DNA of 36,648 nt, taken from Chloroflexota bacterium. GTDB lineage: Bacteria > Chloroflexota > Dehalococcoidia > UBA2979. The notes beneath the pieces are model-generated. The model ran no database searches. It was not told the DNA's origin and was given only the letters and a program-made list of their open reading frames with translations. The first letter of the stretch is position 1. The number at the start of each line of letters is the position of its first letter. The translations under genes were made by a program, and so were the position numbers. Of this stretch, positions 26,760-36,648 are shown piece by piece. The DNA lies in the NCBI GenBank assembly GCA_027593235.1, contig JAQCIU010000030.1, positions 1-36,648 of the forward strand. Direction: 5' to 3'.

Positions 26760-27857
26760 TTACGCCCGTCGCGAGCCGATCGACGCGTCCTCCGTTTCGG
26801 ATTCGGCCACAGCTACGGGCAGGTCAAGCATCATGACCTCAAGCGCGAGCTGTGGATTGACGTTGGCCAGCAGGTGCTCGCGTGCCTGGCGCACCGCGCG
26901 CAGGGCTTGAACGGCATCCGCTGCCGACCAACGTGGTGTTTCACTGCCATCCTGCACCGATTCAGCGCCGTCGCCTAGTCGGGCGACCCTGAGCAGGATG
27001 TCGCGCCACCACTCCGCCCAGAGATCGAGCGTGGCGATCACGCTGCCGCGTTCGCGCCGCCAGCGCTGCGACAGCGTCGAGGCGTAGTCGAATCGCTCGT
27101 TGCGATCGGCGCCGGCGAGGCGGGCCGCGTCCTCCGCGACCGCTTCCTGGAGCACGCGCAGCGACGGATCCTCCGTCAGACGCAGCGCGAGACCGTAGCG
27201 ACCGCGCGCCTCGCGAGCGGTGGCGGCGGCCTCGGCGGGATCGAGGTCGGCGCGAAGTGCGAGGACGGCGGCGAGATCGTCGACGCGCATCGGGTGGAGC
27301 GCGATCTCCTGGCAGCGCGAACGGATTGTCGGCAGCACCGCGTCGATATCGTTTGCGAGGAGGAGCAGCAGCACGTGCGGGGGCGGCTCCTCGAGGACCT
27401 TGAGCAGGGCGTGAGCCGCCTCGGTCTGGATGTCGTCGATCGTGTCGACGATGAAGACGCGCCGCAGCGACTGGAAGGGCGCGAGCGCGGCGAGCCGGTG
27501 CAGCCGCCGCACCTGGCAGATGCGGATCCGGGTCGCGGCCGCGGCGCGCTCCTCCGTCTCGTCGTCGCAGATGCCACCGACGGCTAGCCGCTCGACGTCC
27601 GGCAGCTCGCCGGCCTCGATCTTGCGAACGAGGTTGGCCTGCATGTCGATCGTGCCGTCGTCGCCGAGCGGCACGACGAGCGCCTGGGCGAGCCGCCGCG
27701 CGAGCGTCGCTTTGCCAACGCCGGGTGGCCCGTGGAACAGGTACGCGTGGGCGAGGTGACCGCCATCGATCGCGCGCCGCAACGCCGCGACCGGGCCATC
27801 GAGGCCCTCGAGGTGCCAGGCAGCGCCGGCGTTCGCGATCGATTCGTCAGTGGTCAT
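26760..27857 (-). CDS. holB: DNA polymerase III subunit delta'
   Basis: HAYLFHGPPGVGKATLA, AAHALLKVLEEPP, LPTIRSRCQ and NVNPQLALE. Start ATG 27857. Confidence 0.9.
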   Translation of the reverse strand: MTTDESIANAGAAWHLEGLDGPVAALRRAIDGGHLAHAYLFHGPPGVGKATLARRLAQALVVPLGDDGTIDMQANLVRKIEAGELPDVERLAVGGICDDETEERAAAATRIRICQVRRLHRLAALAPFQSLRRVFIVDTIDDIQTEAAHALLKVLEEPPPHVLLLLLANDIDAVLPTIRSRCQEIALHPMRVDDLAAVLALRADLDPAEAAATAREARGRYGLALRLTEDPSLRVLQEAVAEDAARLAGADRNERFDYASTLSQRWRRERGSVIATLDLWAEWWRDILLRVARLGDGAESVQDGSETPRWSAADAVQALRAVRQAREHLLANVNPQLALEVMMLDLPVAVAESETEDASIGSRRA

Positions 27858-28011
27858 CGGGCTCGGTTCGGCATCGCGTGCGTTGGTCGGCCGTGCGGCC
27901 GGCGTGGAGGCCGAGTATCGCACGGGGCAGCGAGGCCGGTGAGCGGAGCAGGTGGGCGGGGCGGGTAGGCGAGGCGGTCGGCGTCCACCGCGAGCGCCGG
28001 TCGCGCAGCGG

Positions 28012-28914
28012 TCAGGCGGGAGGCGCGTCGAGTGGAATGATGCCGACACTCATCGGCGGTTCCGGCTGAAGCGTGACGTGTCCGATGTTGAAGCGGTCGC
28101 GGAGGATGTCGTTCGCGCGGCGCACGGTGGCGACCGCATCGGCAGCGGCGGCGACCTCGATGTGTGCGGTGAAGGCGACGAAGCCGGAGGTCACGGTCCA
28201 GCAGTGCACCTCGTGGACGCCGAGGATCGCGGGATCGTCACGGAGCGCCGCCTCGATCGCGGCGAGATCGACGGCGTGCGGGACGCGCTCGAGGAGGATC
28301 TCGAAGGTCTCGCGGAGCAGCCGGATCGCGCCGAACCCGACGAGCACGACGATCGCGAGCGAGAGCAGCGGGTCGATCCGCGTCCAGCCGCTGAGCGTGA
28401 CGACCAGACCGGCGACGACCGCGGCGGCCGAACCTCCGAGGTCCGAGAGCACGTGGAGACGTGCCGCACGCACGTTCACGGAGACCCCGGGATCGCGCAG
28501 CACGTAGAGGGCGAGCAGGTTCGCGAGGAAACCGACCGCCGCGATCAGGAGCAGGCCGCTGCCCTCCACCTCGGGCGCCTCGCCACCAATTCGGCGGACC
28601 GCATGCCACGCGATCACGGCGGCAAGGCCGAGCAGGAGCAAGCCGTTGATCGTCGCGACGAAGACCTCGACGCGGTGGAAGCCGTAGGTCCAACGCAGGC
28701 TGTGCGGGCGCTGGGCGATCCAGACAGCGCCGAGCGCCATCAGCAGGGCGCCGCTATCGACGAGGACGTGCCCGGCATCGGCGAGCAGCGCCAGCGAGCC
28801 GGTGGCAAAGCCGCCGCCGAGTTCGAGCACCCCGGTCGCCATCGAAATCGCGAGCGCGATGCGCAGGCGAAGACGGTCATCGGCGGGTCCGTGCTGGTGT
28901 CCAACGTGTGCCAC
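28012..28914 (-). CDS. Cation diffusion facilitator (CzcD-like Zn/Co/Cd exporter)
   Basis: SLALLADAGH..VD, TYGFHRVE, NVRAARLHVLSD, DPLLS and VHEVHCW...H...HVTLQPE. Confidence 0.92.
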   Translation of the reverse strand: MAHVGHQHGPADDRLRLRIALAISMATGVLELGGGFATGSLALLADAGHVLVDSGALLMALGAVWIAQRPHSLRWTYGFHRVEVFVATINGLLLLGLAAVIAWHAVRRIGGEAPEVEGSGLLLIAAVGFLANLLALYVLRDPGVSVNVRAARLHVLSDLGGSAAAVVAGLVVTLSGWTRIDPLLSLAIVVLVGFGAIRLLRETFEILLERVPHAVDLAAIEAALRDDPAILGVHEVHCWTVTSGFVAFTAHIEVAAAADAVATVRRANDILRDRFNIGHVTLQPEPPMSVGIIPLDAPPA

Positions 28915-28976
28915 GCGGTCAGGCTAGCAACGGGATTCGGCGCTCCGGGGACCACGTATCGGGAGGTCGGCTTGCC

Positions 28977-29081
28977 TCACCCCGGCGGACCTGCCGTGCC
29001 CGTTGCCCGGGATGAGTCCGATCGCTCGTCCCGGTAGAAGCGCTGCGCGAGTGCCAGCCCGCTGATCGGATCGCGCGCCAT
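28977..29081 (-). pseudogene. Short ORF resembling the N-terminus of DUF4037-type proteins (possible remnant)
   Basis: GAGGGA RBS right after the MBL gene stop. MARDPISGLALAQRFYRD then degenerates. Family resemblance is from memory only. Confidence 0.35.
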
Positions 29082-29091
29082 CGGACGTCCC

Positions 29092-30084
29092 TCAGCGCGT
29101 GAGCGCGACGCGCCACGCCTTGGCGTCGGAGTCGTCGACGGTGACGAGGCCCTGCCCGACGAGGCGCACGAGGTGGGCGCGGACCTGGCCGCGCGCGGCC
29201 CGGCGAAGGCCCTTCTGAATCTCCGGGTAGAGCGCGCGGCGGATCTGACGGTCGGTCTCATAGCCGCGGTCAATCAGCGCGACGATCTGGCGATCGCGGC
29301 CGGCACGGTGATCGAGGAGTTCCTTGATCTTGTCGGCGGTCGCGGTGACGACGGGCCCATGTCCCGGCGCGAACAGCGACGCCTGCAGCTCGTTCATCCG
29401 GACCAGGCTGTCGAGGTACGCGGTCATGTCGCCGTGCGGTGGCGGGCCGATCGCACTGGTGCCGACTCCAAGCACGTTGTCGCCGGTGAAGAGGATGCCG
29501 AGTTCGGGAACGAAGTAGCAGTTGTGTCCGGCGGTATGACCGGGCGTGTGAACGGCCTGCACGCTGAAGCGGCCGACCTGGATCGTGTCGCCGTCCTGGA
29601 GGCCGACGTCGATTGGCGTCGCCTGCGCCTCCGCGTGCCAGACCTCGGCGCGCTCCTTGATCTCCGCTTCGTCGGGCAGATCCTCGTTGCTCGCGCTCGG
29701 CGTGTGCAGCAGCACCTCATCAAGCGGGTTCATCGCCGTGTCAGCTTTGAGTAGATCGCGGAGGCGACGACCACCGGACGAATGATCGAAGTGGTGGTGA
29801 GTGATCGCGATGTGGTGGACGTTGAACTCGGCAAGCTCTCCGCCGAAGAGGTCACGACGGGCCTCGATGCACTGATCGTCGCCGTAGCCGGCGTCGATCA
29901 GGACCGCGTCGTTGCCGTCGTGCAGCACCCAGACGTTCGAGGTGGGTAAGGTGCGGGTGAACAGCTTCACGCTCACCACGTGCTGCAATAGGTGGTCGTT
30001 GATCCGCCGAACGTGTGATTCGACCTTCGTATCGGCGACGTCGGCCTTCGCGGCATTCGCGGCCTTCCGGTCGGTGCTGGTCAT
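29092..30084 (-). CDS. MBL-fold metallo-hydrolase with C-terminal winged helix (LACTB2-like)
   Basis: LIDAG, THHHFDHSSG, HTPGHTAGH, FTGDNVLG and PGHGP. Start ATG 30084. Confidence 0.9.
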   Translation of the reverse strand: MTSTDRKAANAAKADVADTKVESHVRRINDHLLQHVVSVKLFTRTLPTSNVWVLHDGNDAVLIDAGYGDDQCIEARRDLFGGELAEFNVHHIAITHHHFDHSSGGRRLRDLLKADTAMNPLDEVLLHTPSASNEDLPDEAEIKERAEVWHAEAQATPIDVGLQDGDTIQVGRFSVQAVHTPGHTAGHNCYFVPELGILFTGDNVLGVGTSAIGPPPHGDMTAYLDSLVRMNELQASLFAPGHGPVVTATADKIKELLDHRAGRDRQIVALIDRGYETDRQIRRALYPEIQKGLRRAARGQVRAHLVRLVGQGLVTVDDSDAKAWRVALTR

Positions 30085-30201
30085 CGACGCTGCTCCTTCA
30101 CGCGCGTCGCGCGAGTGTAGCCCGCGACGGGATGGCGACCTCGTGAACAATCGTGAGCGCAACGCCGCGCCTCGATAGGCTCGCCGCGAGGGAGTTCGCG
30201 C

Positions 30202-31131
30202 ATGGCCCGACGTCCCAGCTCGCCCGTTGCCGATCTGTCGCCGCAGCGCCTCGGGCGGATTCGCACGCGGCTGCTCGGCTGGTACGAGGAGTACGAGCAG
30301 GACTTCCCGTGGCGCGACGCGCGGAACCCGTACTACGCCCTCGTCGCAGCGGTGGCGTCGCAGCAAACGCAGATGCCGCGGGTCCTCGAGATCTTCGCGC
30401 GCTGGATGGAGGCGTTCCCAACGATCGAGGCACTCGCCAGCGCCGACCCGGCGGAGATGCTGCGGGTGTGAGGTCGCGCCGGCTACCCGCGACGGGCGGT
30501 GCAACTGCAGGCAACGGCGCGCGTCTGCGTCGAGCAGCACCGTGGCGCACTGCCTCGGGATCCGGCCGCACTGCTGGCGTTGCCGGGCGTCGGGCCATTC
30601 ACCGCGGCGATCGTCTCGACGTTCGGGTTCGGGGACGATGTGGCGGCCGTGGACACGAACGTCATCCGTGTGCTTGGGCGCCTGGTCTGCGGCGACCTGC
30701 AGCCGGCGACCGAGACGCCGCGCGCAACGATCGATGTGCTGGCCGAGCGGATGCTGCGTCCCGGCACGGCGACGCGCTGGAACCCGGCGCTCATGGACTA
30801 CGGCGCACTGGTCTGCACGCCGCGGCCGCACTGCGGCGAGTGCGTGGTGGAAGCGCTCTGCGCGGCGCGTCCACGCTTCGCCGCCGGTGAGGTGGCGGAG
30901 CCCGTCCGCGCGCAGGGGGCGTTCGCCGGGTCGGACCGGGAATGGCGGGGGCGGTTGATGCAGGTACTGCGCGACGCCGACGAGGAATCCTCGGTCGCGT
31001 CGCTGCTCGCTGCCGTCGCGAGCACGCAGCCGGAGCGGACGCGGGCGCGCGCGTTGTTGGACGCGCTGGTCCGCGATGGGCTGGCCTGGGTCGCCGGCGG
31101 GCGTTGTGGTCTGGGTGTGCGTCCCGCCTGA
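30202..31131 (+). pseudogene. mutY: A/G-specific adenine glycosylase MutY-like (short type) interrupted by an in-frame TGA at 30469-30471
   Basis: FPWR...PY, QQTQ, FPT...LA, LRV*GRAGYPRRA (normally W.GLGY.RRA), HhH LPGVGPFTA, VDTNV, MDYGALVC and Fe-S Cys cluster C..C..C..C. Track ORFs 30202..30471 and 30499..31131 share a frame. Confidence 0.82.
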
Positions 31132-31188
31132 AACGACGGTTCGCAAGCGGTGTGTTTGGTAGTCTCCGTGGCCGGGGGACGAAGCGAT

Positions 31189-31842
31189 ATGCCGGAGATT
31201 TACAGCGACGCACAGATCACGATCGAGGTGCTGCGGGACCTCGGATCGTTCGCCAATAACTCGTACCTGCTGCGGCCGGCCAACGGTGGCGCCGTGACGA
31301 TCGTCGACGTTCCCGAAGGGAGCGAAGCGGTGATCGCGGCCCTCGGCGACGCGCCGGTCGAGCGCATCGTCGTGACGCACTCACACTTCGACCACTGGCG
31401 CGGCTTCGACCTGGTACGCGCGCGCACGCCGGCGCCCGTCTTCGCCAGCGCGGATGAGACGAACCTCGAGGCTTCGCGCAACATCCAGCCGCTGGCCGAC
31501 GGAGCGGAGTTCGCGGTCGGCGACGCGACCGTGCGGGTGATCCACACCCCGGGGCACACGCCGGGCTCGATCTGCTTCCTCGTGGGCGGCGCCGTGCTCA
31601 CCGGGGACACGCTGTTCCCGGGCGGGCCGGGGCGCACCGGATCAGCGGCGGCGCTGCAGCAGGAGATCGGGTCGATTACGGCGCGGCTCTACACGCTCCC
31701 GGATGAGACGATCGTGCTGCCAGGCCACGGCGCGACGACGACCATCGGGGAATCCGGGGCCGAATATGCGGTGTTCGCGGGCCGTGAGCACCCCGCCGAC
31801 CTACAGGGCGACGTGCTCTGGCTCGAATCTCAGTCAGCGTGA
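31189..31842 (+). CDS. MBL-fold metallo-hydrolase (glyoxalase II-like)
   Basis: NNSYLL, THSHFDHW, HTPGHTPGS, TGDTLFPGGPG and LPGHG. Confidence 0.9.
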   Translation: MPEIYSDAQITIEVLRDLGSFANNSYLLRPANGGAVTIVDVPEGSEAVIAALGDAPVERIVVTHSHFDHWRGFDLVRARTPAPVFASADETNLEASRNIQPLADGAEFAVGDATVRVIHTPGHTPGSICFLVGGAVLTGDTLFPGGPGRTGSAAALQQEIGSITARLYTLPDETIVLPGHGATTTIGESGAEYAVFAGREHPADLQGDVLWLESQSA

Positions 31843-31896
31843 CCAACACCCCGCACCTCCGCCGCTACCGCTAGACCGCCACTAGATCGGACGTCC

Positions 31897-33183
31897 GTGA
31901 CAGATTCCAGCGCGCTCCCCGTCCACTCCCGGATCCTGCCGAACGGCCTGCAGTTGCTGGCGATCCCGATCCCACACGCGAAGTCGGTCGGTATCTCCGT
32001 CTACCTGCGGGCCGGCTCGCGCTACGAGGAGCACGAGGAGACCGCCGGGGTCTCTCATTTCCTGGAGCACCTCTGCTTCAAGGGGACGACGAACCGGCCG
32101 ACGCCGCGCGACATCTCGTTTGAGATCGACGCGCTCGGGGGGACGATCAACGCCTCCACGCACCGCGAGATGACCGTCTACTACGGCAAGGTGACCAAGG
32201 AGTTCATGGCGCCGACGCTCGACCTGCTGGTCGACATGGTGCGCAACTCGCTGTGCTACGAGGAGGAGGTCGAGCGCGAGCGCGGCGTGATCCTCGAGGA
32301 ACTGGCCGCCGTCGAGGACTCGCCCGGCGAGCAGGCGACGTTGCTGCTCGACTCGCTGATCTGGCCCGGGCAGCAGCACGGGCGCGACATCGCCGGGACC
32401 GACGAGTCGGTCACCGCGATCACCCGCGACCAGGTCGCCGCCGCCTACCAGCGCCAGTACGTCGCCAGCAGCACGGTGATCTCGATCGCCGGCGCGATCG
32501 ATCCGGTCGAGGTAGGCGCGCTGGTCGACCGCGCGGCCGACGGCTGGGAGCACGGCGAGCCCGATCCGTGGCTGGCGAACAACGGCGGCACTGGGGAGCG
32601 CAGCGCGCTGCTCTCGAAGGAGACCGGGCAGACGCACATCTCGCTCGGCATGCGCGGTTGCGATTCGCGCGACGATGACCGCTACGCGCTGGACCTGCTG
32701 TCGATCTGCCTCGGCGAGGGGATGTCCTCGCGACTGTTCCTCCGCCTGCGCGAAGACCTCGGCCTCTGCTACGACATCCACACCTACGCGGCCCAGCTTT
32801 TGGACACGGGGATGTTCGGCGTCTACGCCGGCGTCGATCCGGACAACGCGCTGGAAGCGCTCTGCGAGATCCGGCGCGAACTCGATCGCGTGCGCCAGCC
32901 CGTGGACGCGGCGGAGCTGGAGCGCGCGCAGGCGGTGGTCCGTTCGCGGATCCAGCTGCGCATGGAGGACACCCGCGCCGTCTCCGGCTGGTACGGCTCG
33001 CAGGCGACGCTGTCGCTGCCGTCCCGCACGCCCGAGGAGACGCTGGCGCACTACCAGCGGGTCACGGTCGCGGACCTGCAGGCGGTCGCCGAGCGGGTGA
33101 TCCGCCCAGAGGACGCGCACATCGCGATCGTCGGTCCGTACGAATCGAAGGACCCGCTCGAGGCCGCCTTCGTCGACGGCTAG
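31897..33183 (+). CDS. M16 family zinc peptidase (pitrilysin-like)
   Basis: AGSRYE, HFLEHLCFKGT (HxxEH), ERERGVILEE and GMSSRLF..LRE..GLCY. Confidence 0.93.
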   Translation: MTDSSALPVHSRILPNGLQLLAIPIPHAKSVGISVYLRAGSRYEEHEETAGVSHFLEHLCFKGTTNRPTPRDISFEIDALGGTINASTHREMTVYYGKVTKEFMAPTLDLLVDMVRNSLCYEEEVERERGVILEELAAVEDSPGEQATLLLDSLIWPGQQHGRDIAGTDESVTAITRDQVAAAYQRQYVASSTVISIAGAIDPVEVGALVDRAADGWEHGEPDPWLANNGGTGERSALLSKETGQTHISLGMRGCDSRDDDRYALDLLSICLGEGMSSRLFLRLREDLGLCYDIHTYAAQLLDTGMFGVYAGVDPDNALEALCEIRRELDRVRQPVDAAELERAQAVVRSRIQLRMEDTRAVSGWYGSQATLSLPSRTPEETLAHYQRVTVADLQAVAERVIRPEDAHIAIVGPYESKDPLEAAFVDG

Positions 33184-33298
33184 CCCGTTCGTCGCTTCGC
33201 TCGCCAGCGCGAAACGTCGCAGGCACGTCCATACGCCACGAGCATTCGCGGCTGCCCTCACCGCCCGTGCTCGACATCCACTACTGAATCCGGGATCA

Positions 33299-33324
33299 AC
33301 ACGGGCCCCTTGCGGGGCCCGTGT
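33299..33324 (-). terminator. Terminator hairpin downstream of groEL
   Basis: ACACGGGCCCC-TTGC-GGGGCCCGTGT (GCAA tetraloop on the minus strand) between convergent genes. Confidence 0.75.
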
Positions 33325-33350
33325 GTGGCATTCCGAGCTGCGGGCTCGGG

Positions 33351-35150
<1,800 letters not shown>

Positions 35151-35222
35151 CTATTCGCGTCGCGGCGGGTGCCTGCTGGGGCCGGACGGGCGCCCACGCG
35201 GGGCGCCGCCGGTCCGCTGCGA

Positions 35223-35528
35223 CTAGTCGACGAGCTTGGCGAGCACGTCCTGGAAGCGGATCACGATGTACTCCTGCGAGTCCACGGTGACTTCCTGGCC
35301 GGTGTACTTCTGGTAGAGGACACGGTCACCCGCAGCCAGCTCGTCCATGGTGATCTGGGCACCGGAGTCAGAGACCTTGCCGGGGCCGACCGCGATCACG
35401 TGGCCGTGCTGCGGGCGCTCCTTGGCGGAGTCCGGGATGACGAGGCCGGAAGCGGTCATCTCTTCCTGCTCAACAGCCTGCAGGACGATGTGGTCGGTCA
35501 TCGGCATAACCTGCGTCGCCAAAATCAT
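35223..35528 (-). CDS. groS: Co-chaperonin GroES
   Basis: PMTDHIVL, TASGLVIPDSAKERPQ.G.VIAVGPG, GDRVLY.KY.G. Start is ATG 35528 or TTG 35522 (better spaced from AAGGAG). Confidence 0.96.
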   Translation of the reverse strand: MILATQVMPMTDHIVLQAVEQEEMTASGLVIPDSAKERPQHGHVIAVGPGKVSDSGAQITMDELAAGDRVLYQKYTGQEVTVDSQEYIVIRFQDVLAKLVD

Positions 35529-35625
35529 GTCTCCTTCAACCTGGGCGGCACCGTCAGTCGCATCGACGGAGGCCCGTGCACCCTCACGAGTTGGAAGGCC
35601 CGCGGACAGCGAGCCGGACGGGATG

Positions 35626-35652
35626 TTAGCACTCTCGATATGTGAGTGCCAG
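35626..35652. promoter_or_regulatory. CIRCE element (HrcA operator) upstream of groES
   Basis: TTAGCACTC-N9-GAGTGCCAG versus consensus TTAGCACTC-N9-GAGTGCTAA. Confidence 0.92.
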
Positions 35653-35744
35653 CGTGTCTCCGCGATCGAACACACTGCGAGTGGTTACACGGTTTCGTGT
35701 ATGGTCGGTGACCCGGCGGAGCGGACGGGAGTGAAGGAGCGACC

Positions 35745-36038
35745 GTGGACGAGCAAGCACAACCACCGATCGGGCGCGGGACCTCCTGGGACAGCGAGCG
35801 CGTCCGCGCGCTGCGCGGGTGGCTCGACCAGAGTCAGACCGACCTCGCCGACCGGCTGGGCACCCGCCAGCAAACAGTGAGCGAGTGGGAGACCGGTTCG
35901 AGCCAGCCACGGCGGATGTCCCAGCGACTGCTGCACCTGGTGGCGGAAGAGACCGGCTTCTACGAGGTCGAGCGTGGGACGCCCGCCACCGACCCCGCGG
36001 ATCCACCAACACAACCGCAGGACGCGCGCGATGACTGA
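35745..36038 (+). CDS. XRE-family helix-turn-helix protein
   Basis: VRALRGWLDQSQTDLADRLGTRQQTVSEWETG..QP. AAGGAG RBS before GTG. Confidence 0.88.
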   Translation: MDEQAQPPIGRGTSWDSERVRALRGWLDQSQTDLADRLGTRQQTVSEWETGSSQPRRMSQRLLHLVAEETGFYEVERGTPATDPADPPTQPQDARDD

Positions 36039-36648
36039 GGTGGCACGCACCCTCGCACGCTCCGCCGCGGCCGCCTCGGCAGGCCTCGAGGGCTGGCAGC
36101 CGGGGGCGGAACGCCCGGCGCGCACGCTGGGCGAGGACGCCGGTAACTACGCGATCGGGCTCGCCGAGCACGAACTAACCGCGCTGTGGCTGCTCGGCCG
36201 GATTCCGGACGGCGTACTCCCCTGGCCACTGCTGCGACCCGGTCGCGCGGGCCGAGGCGCCGGCCCGGACGTGCGCGAAGCGGTTGTGCAGCTCAGCAGC
36301 GGCGTCCCGCTGGCGGGAGACATCGAGGTTCACCTCCGCGCGAGCGACTTCGTACGGCATGGTCACGCCATAGACCCCGCCTACGACGGCCTGATCCTGC
36401 ACGTGGTCTGGGAGGACGACCGCGGCACCGAGGCAGGTACACCGACGGAGCTGCCCGGCGGCGACATGGTGCTGACGGTGGAGGTTGGACCGGCGTTGCG
36501 GCACAGTGCGGCGCGACTGCGCGAGCTGGTGCGGCGCGGCCCAAGCGGAGCCGAACCCTGTGGCGAGTGGGCGGCGACCACCGATCCGGCGCTGGTGCGG
36601 GACACCGTGCGCGCCGAGGGCCGGCGCCGGCTGGCCGAACGCGCCTGG
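36031..36648 (+). CDS. DUF2851 family protein (partial, runs off the window)
   Basis: Not in the ORF track. Own translation from ATG 36031 gives PGR...GAGPDVREA...GDIEVHLRASDFVRHGHAIDPAYDGLILHVVW, matching the DUF2851 pattern as I recall it. Confidence 0.78.
   Translation, partial: MTEVARTLARSAAAASAGLEGWQPGAERPARTLGEDAGNYAIGLAEHELTALWLLGRIPDGVLPWPLLRPGRAGRGAGPDVREAVVQLSSGVPLAGDIEVHLRASDFVRHGHAIDPAYDGLILHVVWEDDRGTEAGTPTELPGGDMVLTVEVGPALRHSAARLRELVRRGPSGAEPCGEWAATTDPALVRDTVRAEGRRRLAERAW

Noticed and set aside
30469-30471. Selenocysteine in MutY
   Set aside because: The column is a conserved Trp, not Cys.
12562-31131. Genome-wide stop codon reassignment to explain three in-frame stops
   Set aside because: TGA and TAG end many conserved genes at their expected positions (htpX, yidD and parB with TGA; groES, groEL and jag with TAG), and Trp is encoded by TGG elsewhere.

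Overview
High-GC bacterial chromosomal window made up mostly of housekeeping genes. Gene content and order suggest Chloroflexota, class Dehalococcoidia (inference). In order it carries htpX, a heteromeric-type acyl-CoA dehydrogenase pair, a class A beta-lactamase-like serine hydrolase fused to a coiled-coil domain, a GlnR-like response regulator, an ABC-2 exporter, tRNA-Thr(CGT) and a MerR regulator. Next comes the rpmH-rnpA-yidD-(PQQ beta-propeller lipoprotein)-yidC-jag-(pfkB)-parA-parB operon with a perfect parS site. After that lie ridA, dinB-like, rhodanese, CDGSH, AMMECR1, ricT, holB, a CDF transporter, two MBL hydrolases, a mutY-like gene, an M16 peptidase, groES/groEL with a CIRCE element, and an XRE-DUF2851 pair. 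No mobile element or CRISPR array is visible. The ORF track misses three in-frame stops inside otherwise continuous genes. One is UGA at the peroxidatic Cys of a peroxiredoxin, followed by a SECIS-like hairpin (probable selenoprotein). The second is UAG in a TPR-lytic transglycosylase, forming one arm of a perfect 8-bp hairpin. The third is UGA at a conserved Trp of a MutY homologue that also lacks its catalytic Glu. Other unexplained signals are a 27-bp tandem hairpin array between groES and groEL, a multibranch structured leader before the ABC transporter, parS overlapping a start codon, an Arg-rich YidC tail overprinted on jag, and candidate operator palindromes.
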